64,000 nucleotides of DNA, from positions 8,556,001-8,620,000 of the forward strand of contig CP075495.1 in the NCBI GenBank assembly GCA_021613535.1, in the 5' to 3' direction. Of this stretch, positions 39,920 through 53,761 are shown one piece after another. How positions within the stretch are numbered: position 1 is the stretch's first letter; each line of letters starts with the position of its first letter. Position numbers and translations under genes: made by a program. The notes beneath the pieces are model-generated. The model was not told where the DNA came from, made no database searches, and worked only from the letters and a program-made list of their open reading frames with translations. This stretch comes from Adineta vaga (lineage: Eukaryota; Animalia; Rotifera).

Positions 39920-41917
39920 AGAACTATCTTGAAGATTTTCATCTACTCGAAAAATCGATGCATAGATTGATGTGAAAGAGAATGAAAGATTGATAAATTT
40001 GATATAATAAAGACTTTAAGAGTTTCTTTTTATTCAAGTTGATATTTGACTTGTGAGAATATTTGCATATTAGTAAGAGGAATAGATGATAGTTGAATAT
40101 CGTAATAAACAAAAGAAAAACATTTATACGTTTTTGACATAAAAACTTCGTACTCTTTATCCTTGATATAAATATGTAGAGAAGGAGTAGAAGAAGGAAA
40201 AAAAGAAAGATATCAACATTTAAAAAATCTCGTATTTAAATCTTATAAGAATAGATTTGTTGAATTGAAAAAAAACTAAACTCAATCCATTTATGTACTG
40301 AAAAGATTTCGAGATATTTATTTTATTCACCCGTTACAAGAAAAATCATTAAATTTTCCAATACAAATATATGACACTCATTTCTTCATCATTTATTTAG
40401 ACTCAGGTGAGACAATTCAATATAGACGTCATATGAGAAAGCTTAGTTTTTGTCTAAGGAATCATGTATCTTGATAATATAAATGGGAAGTGTAGTAATT
40501 TGAGAATACTAAACAGTCTCATTAGGATTACAATCTGAAATCCATGTAATTGCAAAATTTTATTCTATATTGGAAAAGCATTGCTAATGTAAATTTGATT
40601 TTGAAATCAATTAAAATTAAAAAATGAATTCTTCGTTTTCTTTTTCACAGTTTTCAATGATTATTCAAAAAAATAAGGTCTAGGAATTGTAGAAGATTAA
40701 ATACTTTTTATGTCATGAAAAATTGGTATTTTCAATCTTATAGTGAACATATAAATGAAATAGATGTGACTTAATGTATGATTTAATGCATTCAGATTAA
40801 TCAACCGTTTATGACAAAAAGTATCGTTAATATCAATTAAATATATGTATCCTAATAGATGAAAGATAACTTCTTTTTGTCTAGAAAAATACATCGCAGA
40901 TGGAATAAATTAAAGGAAGAAAATGTCATATCGACTCATGATCAAATAAGTTCTCGAATAGTATAATATAGAATAAATAAGAAACTGTTCATGCGATTAT
41001 TTATAATCATAACAGTTTTATTTTTGTCAAAGATACTTCTTTTCATGTTTATGCTTGAAAAGCTTTTATCTTGAAAAGGGAATTACTTTAATATGTACTT
41101 TCAAGTGAAGGATATTAGTTTTGTAAATATTTTATTTTATTTTTATTAAGAAAGCTTAAGTATTACAAACAAATGGAAAATTTTCGAAACAGATTTTCTA
41201 TACTTTGGAAATAGCGATGAGAATTTTCTTGTTGACAAGAAAACGCTCATATTCAATTATCAATAAAATAACGATTTATAACAAATCCTCTTGAGTGTAA
41301 AACAAACTTACATTTCCTGTTGAAAATAGAAGCAATATATATACTCTATTCAATTAAATGACATCAGACAAATTCATTTTACATTATTTTCTTTCTTAAC
41401 ATCAATCACCGTCTTATTTTAAGATGCACGTACATTAGGTATAATTGTGTGTTTTCTAAATTTATTCATGACAAAATTCAATAGAACGATATCTGACGTA
41501 TTTGATTAGATATTTCTTATTGATTATGTGTATCTATGTATGCAATAAGAAGGAACAAATTCGTCATTATGTACTCAACAACGAGCGAGTACTCTATACA
41601 TTCTCATGAGAATAGTTTGAAATACTGTAATATAGATTGTATATATTAGCTCCATTTTATTTTGTTCAATTATTATTATTCTATTAATATAACTAAAAAA
41701 AATTCTCTTATTGATCAAGACAAAGCTCATTCGATAATAACAAACTTTAGTCTACTGATTTGTGTAATATGTAGTTATATATTTGTATTGCGATATTGTT
41801 AGGAAATATTTATTTCGCTTTTGTCTTCTTATGAGTAAAAAAAGGAAGGAAGAGAGAAAGAGAGAATTTCTAGACTGATGCTTTCTCTAACGCTCTCTCT
41901 TTCTCTCTCTGTCTCAC

Positions 41918-41925
41918 TATAAATA
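41918..41925 (+). promoter_or_regulatory. Candidate TATA box of the Cys-rich secreted protein gene
   Basis: TATAAATA after a CT-rich tract, followed by a 5'UTR intron-like gtaaca...tttcag (41992-42064) and an ATG at 42094. Confidence 0.4.
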
Positions 41926-42093
41926 TGTGTGCAATATAACTATATAGAAATATTTGAGTTATATTTTTCTTTTATTTATTAAATTGATGAAGGTAACATT
42001 ATCATTTATGTTGTAATAAAAAAGAAATTCTTCAATCAGCTTTTTAATTTGACAAATATTTCAGATACATACATTTGCCGCAGAATCAATTCA

Positions 42094-43623
42094 ATGGCAG
42101 CATCAATCATCTCGAATAAGGTCTCATTAAGCATGGTTCAAATTAGTGTTATTTTATTAGGTCTCCTTGGTAAGTTAATAGATGGAAATTTTTCAGATTT
42201 TTCTTATCTCCTATTTGATTATTAAACTTTCATAATGAATATTGAACTAGAATGCTTTCGATAATACTATTTTGACTTATATTGAGAACTTCTGAATATG
42301 TCATTACTTATTATAGGTCACAATAGAAGATGAAAAAGTTGTTAGTCATATTAAATAAGAGATAAAAGAAAAATTACCATGAGAATAAGATCATTATATT
42401 AGATACTACTAATTGAGAACAGAAAACAACGATTTTCTTTCATTTTACATTCAAGATCCTCTGTTTCTTTTTTTTAATTTTATTTATAGAAGACGATCAT
42501 GAAAAACTATTGTATTTCCTTTGCTAATCAATAAATCATTTGTGCTTTTTTGCATCCTAAGTACTGCTAAAGTTCAAGACTTATGACTATCAAAAACTTA
42601 TTCTTTAATAGCTGCGACCTTCTAAAACTGATGGATCATGAACAAATCTTTTACATAAAAAATTCGAAAACAGAGAAAATCTCTTAACTCATTCTTAGCA
42701 AAAATATGTGATAAAATCAGATCTCGAAGGTAATCTTTGCTTCTATTCGTGGTAGATAGATGACCTGGATAAGACGACAGTCAGTACTCATACAAGATCA
42801 GAATGCAAATACATTTTTTAATGAATATGTTGATTAATAAAAAGAAAAAGATTCTATTTCCGTTTGGAAATTGATTGAAAAGGAAATACTTTCATCGCGC
42901 CCATAAAAGACAAATTATATCAACTTCTTTAGATGTATTATATATCACTAAGTACTCTACCAAAAAACAAGGCTTCTCATATTTACAGTACAGTGCAATA
43001 TCATTAGTTGAGTTCTTTTTCTCCAGTAGCTAATAAAAATTACATCAAGTAAAGTCATTAAAAACCAAACTAAAAGTTCAGTTTACATTTTGATTTTCAA
43101 TGAATTATTTATACCATAAAAATCTTATTCTACTAGGAAAAAGCATCCATACATTCATAAGTCAATTCTAATTATGTACTGTTGAAAGTATAATTATTCA
43201 GTTTATTATTCTCAGATAGCGTTTCTCACGAAATCATATATCATCGTCATGAGATGGTGAATTATTGAATGTTATATTTAGCCTCCTTTCGTTTTAGTCA
43301 TCGGTAATTGGGCAGCACCAGCAGGTGATGAACTTCAAGAAATTTATTTTGAAACCTGTCAAGAAAGCTGTAGCGTCGTTCGAAATGAAGAAGAAGCAAA
43401 TGAATGCCGTGAAAAGTTTTGTCCAAATTATACTAACTATTTATTAACAGGTTTATCTATGCAAGGTTCAACGCCAAGTTCTGCAACAAGTCATTCTAAA
43501 GAAGCAGCCGAATTTTGTGCCACATGGATCCTTCATTTGATTAGAGAACTTGGTTGGCAACGACGTATTCGACTGAATAACCAAGATTGTACTTGTGCTG
43601 CTGGCAAAAATTGTCTTGCTTAA
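42094..43623 (+). CDS. Small secreted 8-Cys protein, 2 exons (42094-42169, 43298-43623); absent from the ORF track
   Basis: MAASIISNKVSLSMVQISVILLGLL|VIGNWAAPAGDELQEIYFETCQESCSVVRNEEEANECREKFCPNY...EFCATWILHLIRELGWQRRIRLNNQDCTCAAGKNCLA*. Phase-1 intron gtaagt...gttttag. Confidence 0.8.
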
Positions 43624-44421
43624 TAAAATCACAAAGACATGATCAAAACAAAGGCTTCGATAACAAAACTATACATATGCGAAATATTCATATAGATATA
43701 TAGAAATCTATTTTACTTATCCTTCGAAACATATATCCATAAAGTTCTTTATAAAGTTAATAAATATTAAAAAATAAAGAATTATTTTAAATACAATACA
43801 ACACTTGTTTTCAATTAAATATTACATATTCTTGTCTTTCATTGCCATTGATATTTCTTACTTTCTGAAAAAGTATCTCAGCTGCTAAACAAGTATTTGG
43901 ATAAACACAATTGTTCTGTTGTGGCATTAGTTTTCATATATGCTCCTAGGTAATTGCAAGGCTACATTGAGTACATTGAATTTATTAGAAACGGAAATAT
44001 TCATAAAGATCTCACACATATTAAAAATCTTCCTTTCAGTAAATGGATATTCTCGGTTGGGTTCTATCACTTATCGATATATATATATATATAATCATCG
44101 TGCGTACCTCTACTTCCCTATTCATCAAATTTTACGATATTTTTAATGAGTTTCATAAAATAAAAATAAAATAATAATTATTCTATATGAAAAGTTTCAT
44201 GTTTATTTTCTTTTTAAACACTAATCATAGTGTGTATACAATAATGAATGTTTACATAGCAAAACATAATCAAAAGGAAAAGTTACGAAAGAAAGAAATA
44301 GGTGCAACTAGTAAATAGAAGATAAGAACGTTCTTGTTCACCGTTTTCGGTTCCAAATTGGTTTCAGTGATACCTTCGAAAAAATTTGTGTTCGGCGAGG
44401 AAAAAGAACTAAATAGTATCT

Positions 44422-44646
44422 TTAACGTTTTAAATTTCCGATGAGATGTGCTTGGTAATCATTGGTAGGGACTAATTTAAAGTTAATTTGTTGGAAATAA
44501 GGATCTTGATTGAAAATTTTGCTTGCACCTTTCATCTCTTTAGAATGATAAAATCCAAGAAGCAATCGTACTTCAAGTTTATTCAATTGTGGAGAAACAT
44601 GTTCAAGCCAATGATGCCATTTTCGACTATCAAGAGCTGATTGTGG
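44422..44646 (-). pseudogene. Detached C-terminal 74 codons of the F-box/LRR gene at 47497-48261
   Basis: Stop-free PQSALDSRKWHHWLEHVSPQLNKLEVRLLLGF...LIGNLKR*. Resembles the LDxxxWxxxL...PxLxxL motif of this family and begins exactly at the insertion edge. Confidence 0.7.
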
Positions 44647-47496
44647 TCAAGCTTCGCATTCAAAAAAATCTAGAAATCAGGAATTGGAGCAGGAATTTTA
44701 GTTAAAAAAATCAGGATTTCCTCAGAAAATCAGGATAGTAAGAAGAAAAAGACATTTCAAACACTGAAAACTGTGCTCGAAAGCGTTTCAATGCCCAGAA
44801 TTTTAGTAAAATGTTCAAAAATATTAAAAAAAAAGGGAAAGTGGTTGCAGAATTCCATTTATCGAAATGGACTTGGCATCGCCCTTGACGTAATATCGGT
44901 TGACTAAAGCTAAGAATTCCCCATTTCTTAATATGATTCGACGTTAGTGCAATCTAAAAGCTCAATTAGTGTACTACTCGGTTAATTAATCAATTAATTA
45001 ATTGTCACTGTAGCAGAATCAATTAGTTAGGATTAATATGCCAGTCATTAGTTTCCTAATTAGAAATGAATATAGTTCCTTGATTTTCAAATCTTTTAAT
45101 CAGTTATGTTATTAAAACTAAACAAAAAACAAAGAGAATGTGTCTCACATGTCATGTATTATGACACTATTCATCAAAATATTTCAAAATAACGTGACAA
45201 TTCTTCAGAGAAAGTATCGCATGCTCTGCGTATTCATCTGAAATATTTGGAAGAATCTTTCTTTTATGACATTTTTTGATATTTTCCGATTGCCACTACA
45301 TATTACTACGGGAATATATATTAGTCAGTGAAGTGAAGATTTCCAGAAATGATCAAATTTTGGAGTTTTCGAGAGTTCGACTTTCAGGAAAATCGCTTTT
45401 TTCCTTGCTAAGTTTGGCACAGTACAGAGTTCCTTTGCATCAGCTAGTAGCGTTGTTTCCTCGTCATATCGAACATTTGCATCAGTAGTTTTATTATTTT
45501 GCACAACAAGAACTAATCTAGAAGAGTAAAACTTACTAAATATAAAGAGTTCATGAGGATTCGAAAAACTTATTTAAATAATGTGTCTTTGAAACTGTCG
45601 TATGTCTATTATCTGTGAAATGATAAACCTATTCTCAATCCATCTTAGATTGGACAGTGTTAGCTAAACTCAATACCATCTAAATAAGTAAATGGTAGAA
45701 TTATATGAAAGAACGAAACTCCTATTTTTAATCACATTATGTTTTATCAATTATTGTTTGCTAAAAATAATACTGTCGATTTAGAACGGCAATTCAGCTC
45801 GTTTGTTTGATTTGACCTATCATCATCTTGAACGAGAGTGCTAGTCTGACTGGCAATTTTGCTTCGTGCTGCCTGACCTCTGTTCAATTTTGTCTGCAGA
45901 TCGTCAGGTTAAAAAATTGTACATGATCGTCTAATCATTGCTTTATTATCTATCGCAGATGCGTTGGTCGATTGTCTGCGTATATTCACAATTGACCTTT
46001 CGATACCGTATAAAGCGTTTGAAGCATGATGCAATCTTCATTTGTACCCGTTTATTTGTCTATGAATTCTACAACAATTAGGCGCAATTCGAGTAGGTGT
46101 ATAACTTAGTTCGCATTGTGACTCTACGTTTTTCCATCGATTACAAACAGTTTACGATTGAAAAGCAGTAGATGTCGAAAAGATTTTCTTCGCATACTAG
46201 TTGACAAACACAATGTTTACAATATAAATCTATAAACTAGTATCTGATTTTCCATAAGTTATGCGCAATTTTCATTCTTCAATCCTATTAAAGTTCGTAG
46301 TGAGATTTCTTATTAGATTCTAATTCTATAGAAGAAGTTTCATGCCTTCGCATATACTTCTATTGTGAGATGCTATAAGACATGATTTTAATCGAAAAAC
46401 CAAAAGTTCATAGTAAACATACGATACATTTCGACTTTCATTCTCAAAGGAATTCGAATCTCTATACACTTATACCATTTTTCGATTTGGGAACAAAAAT
46501 CTGTTGTATTCTATTTCTAATGTCGGTTTTACCCGTCTAAACGTTGAAAGAAAATCGAAAAATGTCGAAAAACATAACAACAAACTCGATAAAGAGTGTC
46601 AAGCTACGAGAGGAAAAAATCTTCTTTCCGTATACTTCCATTGTACCTCTATGATTCTTTCATTATTCATATTTATCTAGTTTTCGACGTTCATATTTTT
46701 ATTCAGAAGACGAAATTTTGAAAAAGAAGTAATTCAATATCGTAGTCCATTTCTCTATTAAAATCTTTTCCTCATGTCAAATGAGCATGATCTAACTGGT
46801 AAGGTGAAGAAGTATTCAATAGAAAAAGTCTTACCTTTCACTGTTGCGAGAGGATGTAGATGCATGGTGGCTTCCGAAGAAGACATCTTTTTTATGTCCT
46901 TGTCTCTCACTTTCAAAAGCACTGTTCATAGTAAGAGATTTAGAATTATAAAGCATCGAAGCCAAGGAACGAATCTGCATTGTAAGAAGAATGCATTGGA
47001 AAAGTTCAAGTCGTAAAACTATGCAAGAGAATAATGTACTCTTTCAGTTCAATACTGAATAGTAGACTGCGTGACATATTCTTTGAAATCTCGAAAATAG
47101 ACCAGGCAACATGAATTTAGGTCAAAAGTATGAATAAAATATATAGATATTTAAACACGCGTTTTGACCTTTGAGTGCAAAGAGTAGAAAAATAGAACGA
47201 AAGAAAACACTTTTATATCGAACATATGTATAAACAGAGCGTCAGTCTCTTTTGAAAAGCTATTCTTACATATTCAGCCATTCATGTATTTAGAAAATGC
47301 AGAGAAATACGCATTTTACTAGATATTCTTTGTTCAAGACAAAGAAAGAACATAATCTGCTTCTCATTAGTGAATTTATCGATATAATTAACTAAAATCA
47401 GGACAAATCAGGATTATTCGCAAAAATCAGGATGAATCAGGATTATCTGTAAAAATCAGGACGATATCAGGAAATCAGGATAACTGCGATGTCTGA
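44647..47496. mobile_element. 2850-bp non-autonomous or degenerate DNA-transposon-like insertion
   Basis: Imperfect terminal inverted repeats (TCAAGCTTCGCATTC vs TCAGACATCGCAGTT, 10/15 identical). Clusters of AAATCAGGA subterminal repeats at both ends (44673-44735, 47395-47480). Interrupts a coding frame. No intact transposase ORF. Confidence 0.6.
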
Positions 47497-48261
47497 AGAT
47501 AAACTATTGCTAAGATTAATCAGACGACATTGTCGTAACGAATAGGCAGCTACATTTTCGAGAAACGAAATCATTGTATCAATATCCATATATTTGCAAA
47601 TTAAATCAATAGTATGTAGACATGAAAATCTGATAAAATAAGATTCTATTCCATGGGGATAGTATGTTTTTTCTGATTTTAATGATTGTAGGTTGGGTAT
47701 ATTAATCGATAAAAACGCATAATCGATAAAGCTTCGTTGACTCTTGAAGATCAAATGCTTGATTCTTGATGGTTTAAGTAAAACTTCATTAGATTTAGTA
47801 AAATGTAAGAACGTTGAACTGAATTCTAGTCGTTGAACATTATCTAAATCTAAAGCCTTTTTTAATACTTCACTGCGATGTTTACTTCGAACATGAATAG
47901 TTAGGGATTTTAAATTCTGTGGTAAATTCTGTGGCCAATTTAGTTTCGTCACATTATGCAATATAAGTAAACCGACATTAGTGAATTGACTTAAACTGAT
48001 AGGAGCCATCTGATACATGTTAGGAATACGTATTGATAAAACATTTTTTGGTTCAATATGCGGTAGAATATGTTTACGAAAATAACCATCCATTTGACGC
48101 ACATACAGTTTAACATTTCCTTGTTGTAGTAATGATGAAAAATGATAAATCGTATCAGCAAATGTATAAAACAATTCATCAACATAGAAGTATTGAAATA
48201 ATTCAAGTAGAATATCTGTGCATAAGAAAGTATCATTAATATGTATTTCTCCTAAAGACAT
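47497..48261 (-). CDS. F-box-like/LRR protein, N-terminal part; as assembled it reads into the insertion and stops at 47467
   Basis: Degenerate F-box LCTDILLELFQYFYVDELFYTF, then LRR-like LPQNLKSLTI, IPNLQSL and FSCLHTIDL. Confidence 0.75.
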
Positions 48262-51200
48262 GATCTTCAACTAATTAATAATCTTCGGTTTTCTTATAAT
48301 CTTCACGAAAATAAGCAATGTATAACTCTCTTGGGGTCAATGTTTTTTTTATGTAGAATATACTGAATTCATTATATTATATATACATAACTGGTGCACG
48401 TGACCGTCTGACGAGAAAGAAACTTTAGTCTAAACAATCGTTATCAAGGGATGATCGAGGTACTATCACTAGGCATCGCCATCAGAATATCATGAGGTTA
48501 TTTAGCTGTCCAGGGAATGATTTTACAGTATAAAGTACATCAACGAAGTTTATGAGGGAAAACACGACACAAAAGAAAAGAAAGTATACATATGTAGTGA
48601 ATCTATTTTGTCTGTTAAATCAACGAAATTTTCTCTCTGAATACAACTGAAAATAAAATTCGAATATATCTCGAAAAATATCAACGTGTAAATTGATAAT
48701 CCAACTGAATTAGATATACTGTCTTATTCGATTCTATAATCTGAAATATCATTAGTTGAATCGCAATATTTGTAACTTTAGAACAAATTCATGTTTACTA
48801 TCGATATAAGATTGTTTTATACAGAAACAATAATAATAATTCGAAAAAATGTACTTGTGTACATCGAAATCTCCTTCCATATGTACGCATATTGACCTCA
48901 TGACCTAACACTCTTTTCGTTGGATTTTTTTACCAATGCACGAAAATATCCTCTTATTCATTTTCAACTATTTCTTTACCACATTATTTATTTCCATGAA
49001 CGTAGTAGCCAATATGGTCTATTCTCCTTCAAACATCTAGTAAACGCTCTTAATTATATTATGTGTTACGTGTACATTATAGACGCCTGTAAGAATCGGG
49101 TATTTTACGTACATACGCACGTACGTACGATCAAAAGAAAGATTCAAACGATGATCTACACTTGACGGAAAGGAATATTTAAATCCATCAGAATTAGGCG
49201 TATAATTAATGCGATCTGACTTGCAGAATAAAAGTAGAGTATAACAATGTGAAATCCATTCAACAGTTCCAAAACTCTTTCAGTTCATTTCAAATCAAGT
49301 GAACTGACGAAAGTACATCAGAATATATCAAAAACGTATTTTGGTCGTTGTGAGATTGAAACCATAATTTTCAGAATACTTTCATGTTCAACAATCGGTT
49401 ACACAAAAACAACTCTCTTAATGTAACTCATGTGTAATTTTAAATCCGTGGAATGATTCTGTCTTCTGTGAAAATGACGGGTTTGGACTTTGAATGGTCA
49501 TTAGTTTAGTTAATTTATATCATTAACATGAAATAATACCGAGAAGAGAAACTTTCACTGGATATGTTTCACTTTCATCATTTTACAATAGTGATGCTGT
49601 CGTATTGGTATCGGTGAGAACGCAGAAAACGCGGATTTTATTAGTAAAAAACGTTTTTGTAACACATATTTGGAGGAGTAGTTATACAAAATTGTAGGTG
49701 TATTAAAATGCGATTATTGGATGAGTTTCGTGAATATTCAATATATAGCTAGTTAAATGCATTGGAAAGCGTCAATTACGTCTTCACAAATTCCTTCGTA
49801 CTAGAAATTTTGAAGTGTATCAGCACATGAATACCTACGAAGATTTACAATCAGAACAGCAAACTGTCTTGTAATATTTCTTTTAGCCACAAGGGTTATA
49901 GAAGTGTAATATTTTTTTCGTTTCAATGATCATGTTAATCCGCAGCGCAAACATTGTCTAATATGCTACTTTTCTAATACTACGTCGCTGTATCTTGAAG
50001 TGATTAGGGTCAGCTGACTCTTGGAAGTGAGCTGGTTTCTAAGCTTAAATACATGAGCGCTTGACAATCATAAAAAAATTAGCTATAATTTTAGGATTAC
50101 TTTTGAAGTATCTCATGGACAAAAAAAGGTTTTCAATGTATTAAATTTAATTTCTGTCTGATTCTCATCAATTGAGACACATTTTGAGAAGACTTGCTTG
50201 GTTACACCTTAGGAAAAAAGTAGCTCTCTATGAATATATCCTTCGTACGAATGTATTATATCTATAATACTCTATTTTGCGACATCGTCTGCTTTGCTGT
50301 CTAATTCCATACTGTCTTACTTAGAATAGCATTGTTCACTTCATACAACCATCTATAGTACTCTCTCAAACTCTGTCCCTAATGATATAACCGTTACGAT
50401 TATTTTCAAAGTACTGAGATTCTGTAACAAGAAGACTCATTGATCTGATCGTTTCGGCCATATTTTTCCTGTTTACCTGAGTTTTGCGCAAAGCTACATT
50501 TTATAAATGTCTATGAATATGTCATATAAAAGTTATTTAATATCATATTGTACTATACTTGTATATTATTCAAAGACTTACAAGTATTTGCTATTAAAAT
50601 CTTTCTCTCTCAAGTTGATGTTTGTCATAATTATTATTAAGACAGATAGATATTTGATGGATTCTTCATGTAGTATACCACTTTCTATTGATTATATTGT
50701 GCACGAAACATGTATGATTATATAATTATTTTTTGCTAACCTTGAAAGTACTATACAACAACTCGAAACAAACCAAAAGACGAAAGCATAAAAATTGTCC
50801 TTGATGTTATTTTTCTCGTTCTTTTTTCTATCTTATACACTTTCATTTCGATATTATTCTCGAACCTAGATATTGTTCAACGTAAATATTACTCTTTAAT
50901 TGATAATGAGTGTGGGTAAATTATAAGACGCAGAATAAATGATGACACACATAAGTTTGTCATGAAAACTAGTATATGTGAGTATATACATATATGAAAC
51001 AAGCGATAGCAGATGTTGATTTGTATTGATGGTGTAAAGCAAAAAAAACGAGAAAAGAAAGAGAAAAAAACAATCTTTTTGAGCTATCGCCATTATATGG
51101 CGTGAATCGTTGTCATTTTCTCTAGTGGGTTGGTTATATCAGGTAAAGGGAAGCAATGAGAAGAGAATATCGAAAAAAAACGAGAGAGAAGGAAAAAAGA

Positions 51201-52259
51201 AAAATATTGATGACTATGTGAAAAAAAAGAAGAAGTACTAGTAGCGTCAAGCTAAAATCATGTTTATCTTCTGAATCATACTGTACTCATACTCATACCT
51301 TTCGAACACCATTTGCCTCTTCATTTATTCTATGTTATTCTATCATATAATTTGATAAAACAGATTGAAATGTTATTTTTTGCGATAAGTGAGACGACTA
51401 GTGTCACTGTTTTACGTTATTACAGAAAATATTGATTTATTGTAAGTGATGTTCTTTTAAAACTGTGTATTAGAACGGATTTAGAGAAGGAGGATTTGTC
51501 TGTAATATGATCCAAATGATACTCGGATAGTTGTTTTCGAGGTAAAATCTGTCGAATTATAATGGAAGTTAGATTCACTGAGCGATAATATAGAAAAGTA
51601 GAAGAATAAGCTCATGCCATGGTGACACCGTAGTTATTTACGTATTTAGCTTCGATGAGAGAGGAAAAGAAATGCACAGAACGAAAAATCAATTCATGAG
51701 ATTTCATAAGAGCGTAAAATACGAAAGAACACGAGCTATTGATTTATTTTCTCTTTTCTTATCTTCTTACAACAATGATTTAATCCGTATCGTAGTTCTC
51801 TGATAATAATAAAACTAAAAAAGACAAACGATCAATGTATCTACTTCCCTCTCTTCTCTATCAAAAGAAAACATCCATAAGGAAGCATATTTTTGATTTT
51901 TCATTGTTGCCGGCAGTTTTTCTTCCTATTCATTTGATATAAGAGTTCACTATCAGATCTATTTTTACCATGTATAGTCATTGTATCGTATTAAAGTGGT
52001 TGAGTTTATCCTGCGTGATTGCGATGTGTATACATCAACGCACTTCGTTCCAGTTCACTGAGCACGTACATGTTGAATTTATAATGTGATGATAGAAATA
52101 AACGCAACGTGAAACACATGGTGGTTTGATTCTTCTCGATTTTTCTTCTACACTCTAAAACATTAATTTACGAATGTAATAATAAAGACGAGCAAGTCTT
52201 TAAAGAAAATGAAGAGGAATTGTAAATAAAATTTTATGATTTTCATTATAGATTTCATC

Positions 52260-53761
52260 ATGGGTGCTCGTCTTGCACGTTCAGATTTTCAATGGGTCTA
52301 TACCGATGAGCCCCATACGACACGTCGAAGAGAAATGCTCCGTAAGTTGTTGTTGTTTTTTGTCGAATAAAAACTTCATTTTTGTTTTAAATAGAAAAAT
52401 ATCCTCAAATAAAAAAATTAATGGGTCATGATTGGCGTATTGCTATTCAAGTTGTCATCACTGTTTTAATCCAACTAACAATGGCAATTCTCGTACGAGA
52501 TCTTCCCTGGAAACTTGTATGGCTTTTTACTTATATTGTTAGTGGTACACTTAATCATTCTTTATCAATTAGTTTTCATGAAAGTATGAAGATAAATTTT
52601 GTTGAAAAACAAAACAAAAACTGAGAATACAATATGATGTTTTGTTCTAGTTGGTCATAATTTAGCCTTTGGAAATCACCGACCATTAGCAAATCGAATT
52701 CTTGGTTATATTGCCAATCTACCATTATGTATTCCATCATCCGTAACTTTTAAAAAATACCATATCGATCATCATAAGTAAATGAAAAGAGAATATCTTA
52801 CTAAAATCATGTATTTCATATATATTATTCAGATTTCAAGGTGATGACATCTTAGATCCCGATCTGCCAACTTATTTCGAAGCATGGTTATTTCAATCAC
52901 GTATTGGTAAAATAATTTATATTGCTGCCCAACCATTACTCTATGGTGTTCGACCATTATTACGTGTACCTAAACCTATGACAGTACTTGAAGTAGTTAA
53001 TCTTATTATTGAATTCATTTTCGATGGTCTTGTTATGTATTTTCTTGGACGAAAATCGATTGTTTATCTTTTCTTTGGAACTGTGCTTGGTCTTGGTCTT
53101 CACCCGATTTCAGGACATTTTATTTCTGGTTAGATTGAATCTATAGTCATGATTATGAATTAAACCTTTTCTATTTAGAACATTACATATTTGTCGAAGG
53201 TTATGAAACATATTCCTACTATGGTCCAATGAATTATATAACATACAATGTTGGTTATCATAATGAACGTACGAATATTTCTTTGATTTTATCCGAAAAA
53301 GTGTTGAATCTGTTCTATTTATTTAGATCATGATTTTCCAAATATTCCCGGCTATGCATTACCAAAAGTAAGTAATTCCATTGATCCAAAACAGAATGAT
53401 CATTGATCTTTTCTTTTAGTTGAAAAAAATTGCACCAGATTATTATGACAATTTACCATGTCATACTTCATGGCTTAAAGTCTTAATTAATTTTATTTGT
53501 GATCCAAAATTAGGACCAAAGTCACGTATACGTCGTTCGATGCGTTCGGATGCCTTAAAAGCGAATAATGCTATTGATTTAAAAAATAAATCGAAAGTCA
53601 ATGAAGTTTTACATGAAGTTATCGATAATAATAACAATCATACGGCACATTTATCAAAAGAAGAAAGAAAATTAATTCATATGAAGAAATCTTCGGGGAG
53701 CTCAACTGAAATTTCATCATCTATACAACAAACGAATGGTGAACATGCAAAATATGAATGA
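52260..53761 (+). CDS. DEGS1: Sphingolipid delta(4)-desaturase / C4-hydroxylase family, copy A, multi-exon
   Basis: [27 protein letters not shown]. His boxes HE..HN, YHIDHH and HNEHHDFP. Also [13 protein letters not shown] and ETYSYYGP. Confidence 0.95.

Noticed and set aside
48380-50730. Possible inverted ends (tacat..gtgcac) around a non-coding block
   Set aside because: The match is too short and gapped to call a transposon, and no coding remnant was recognised.
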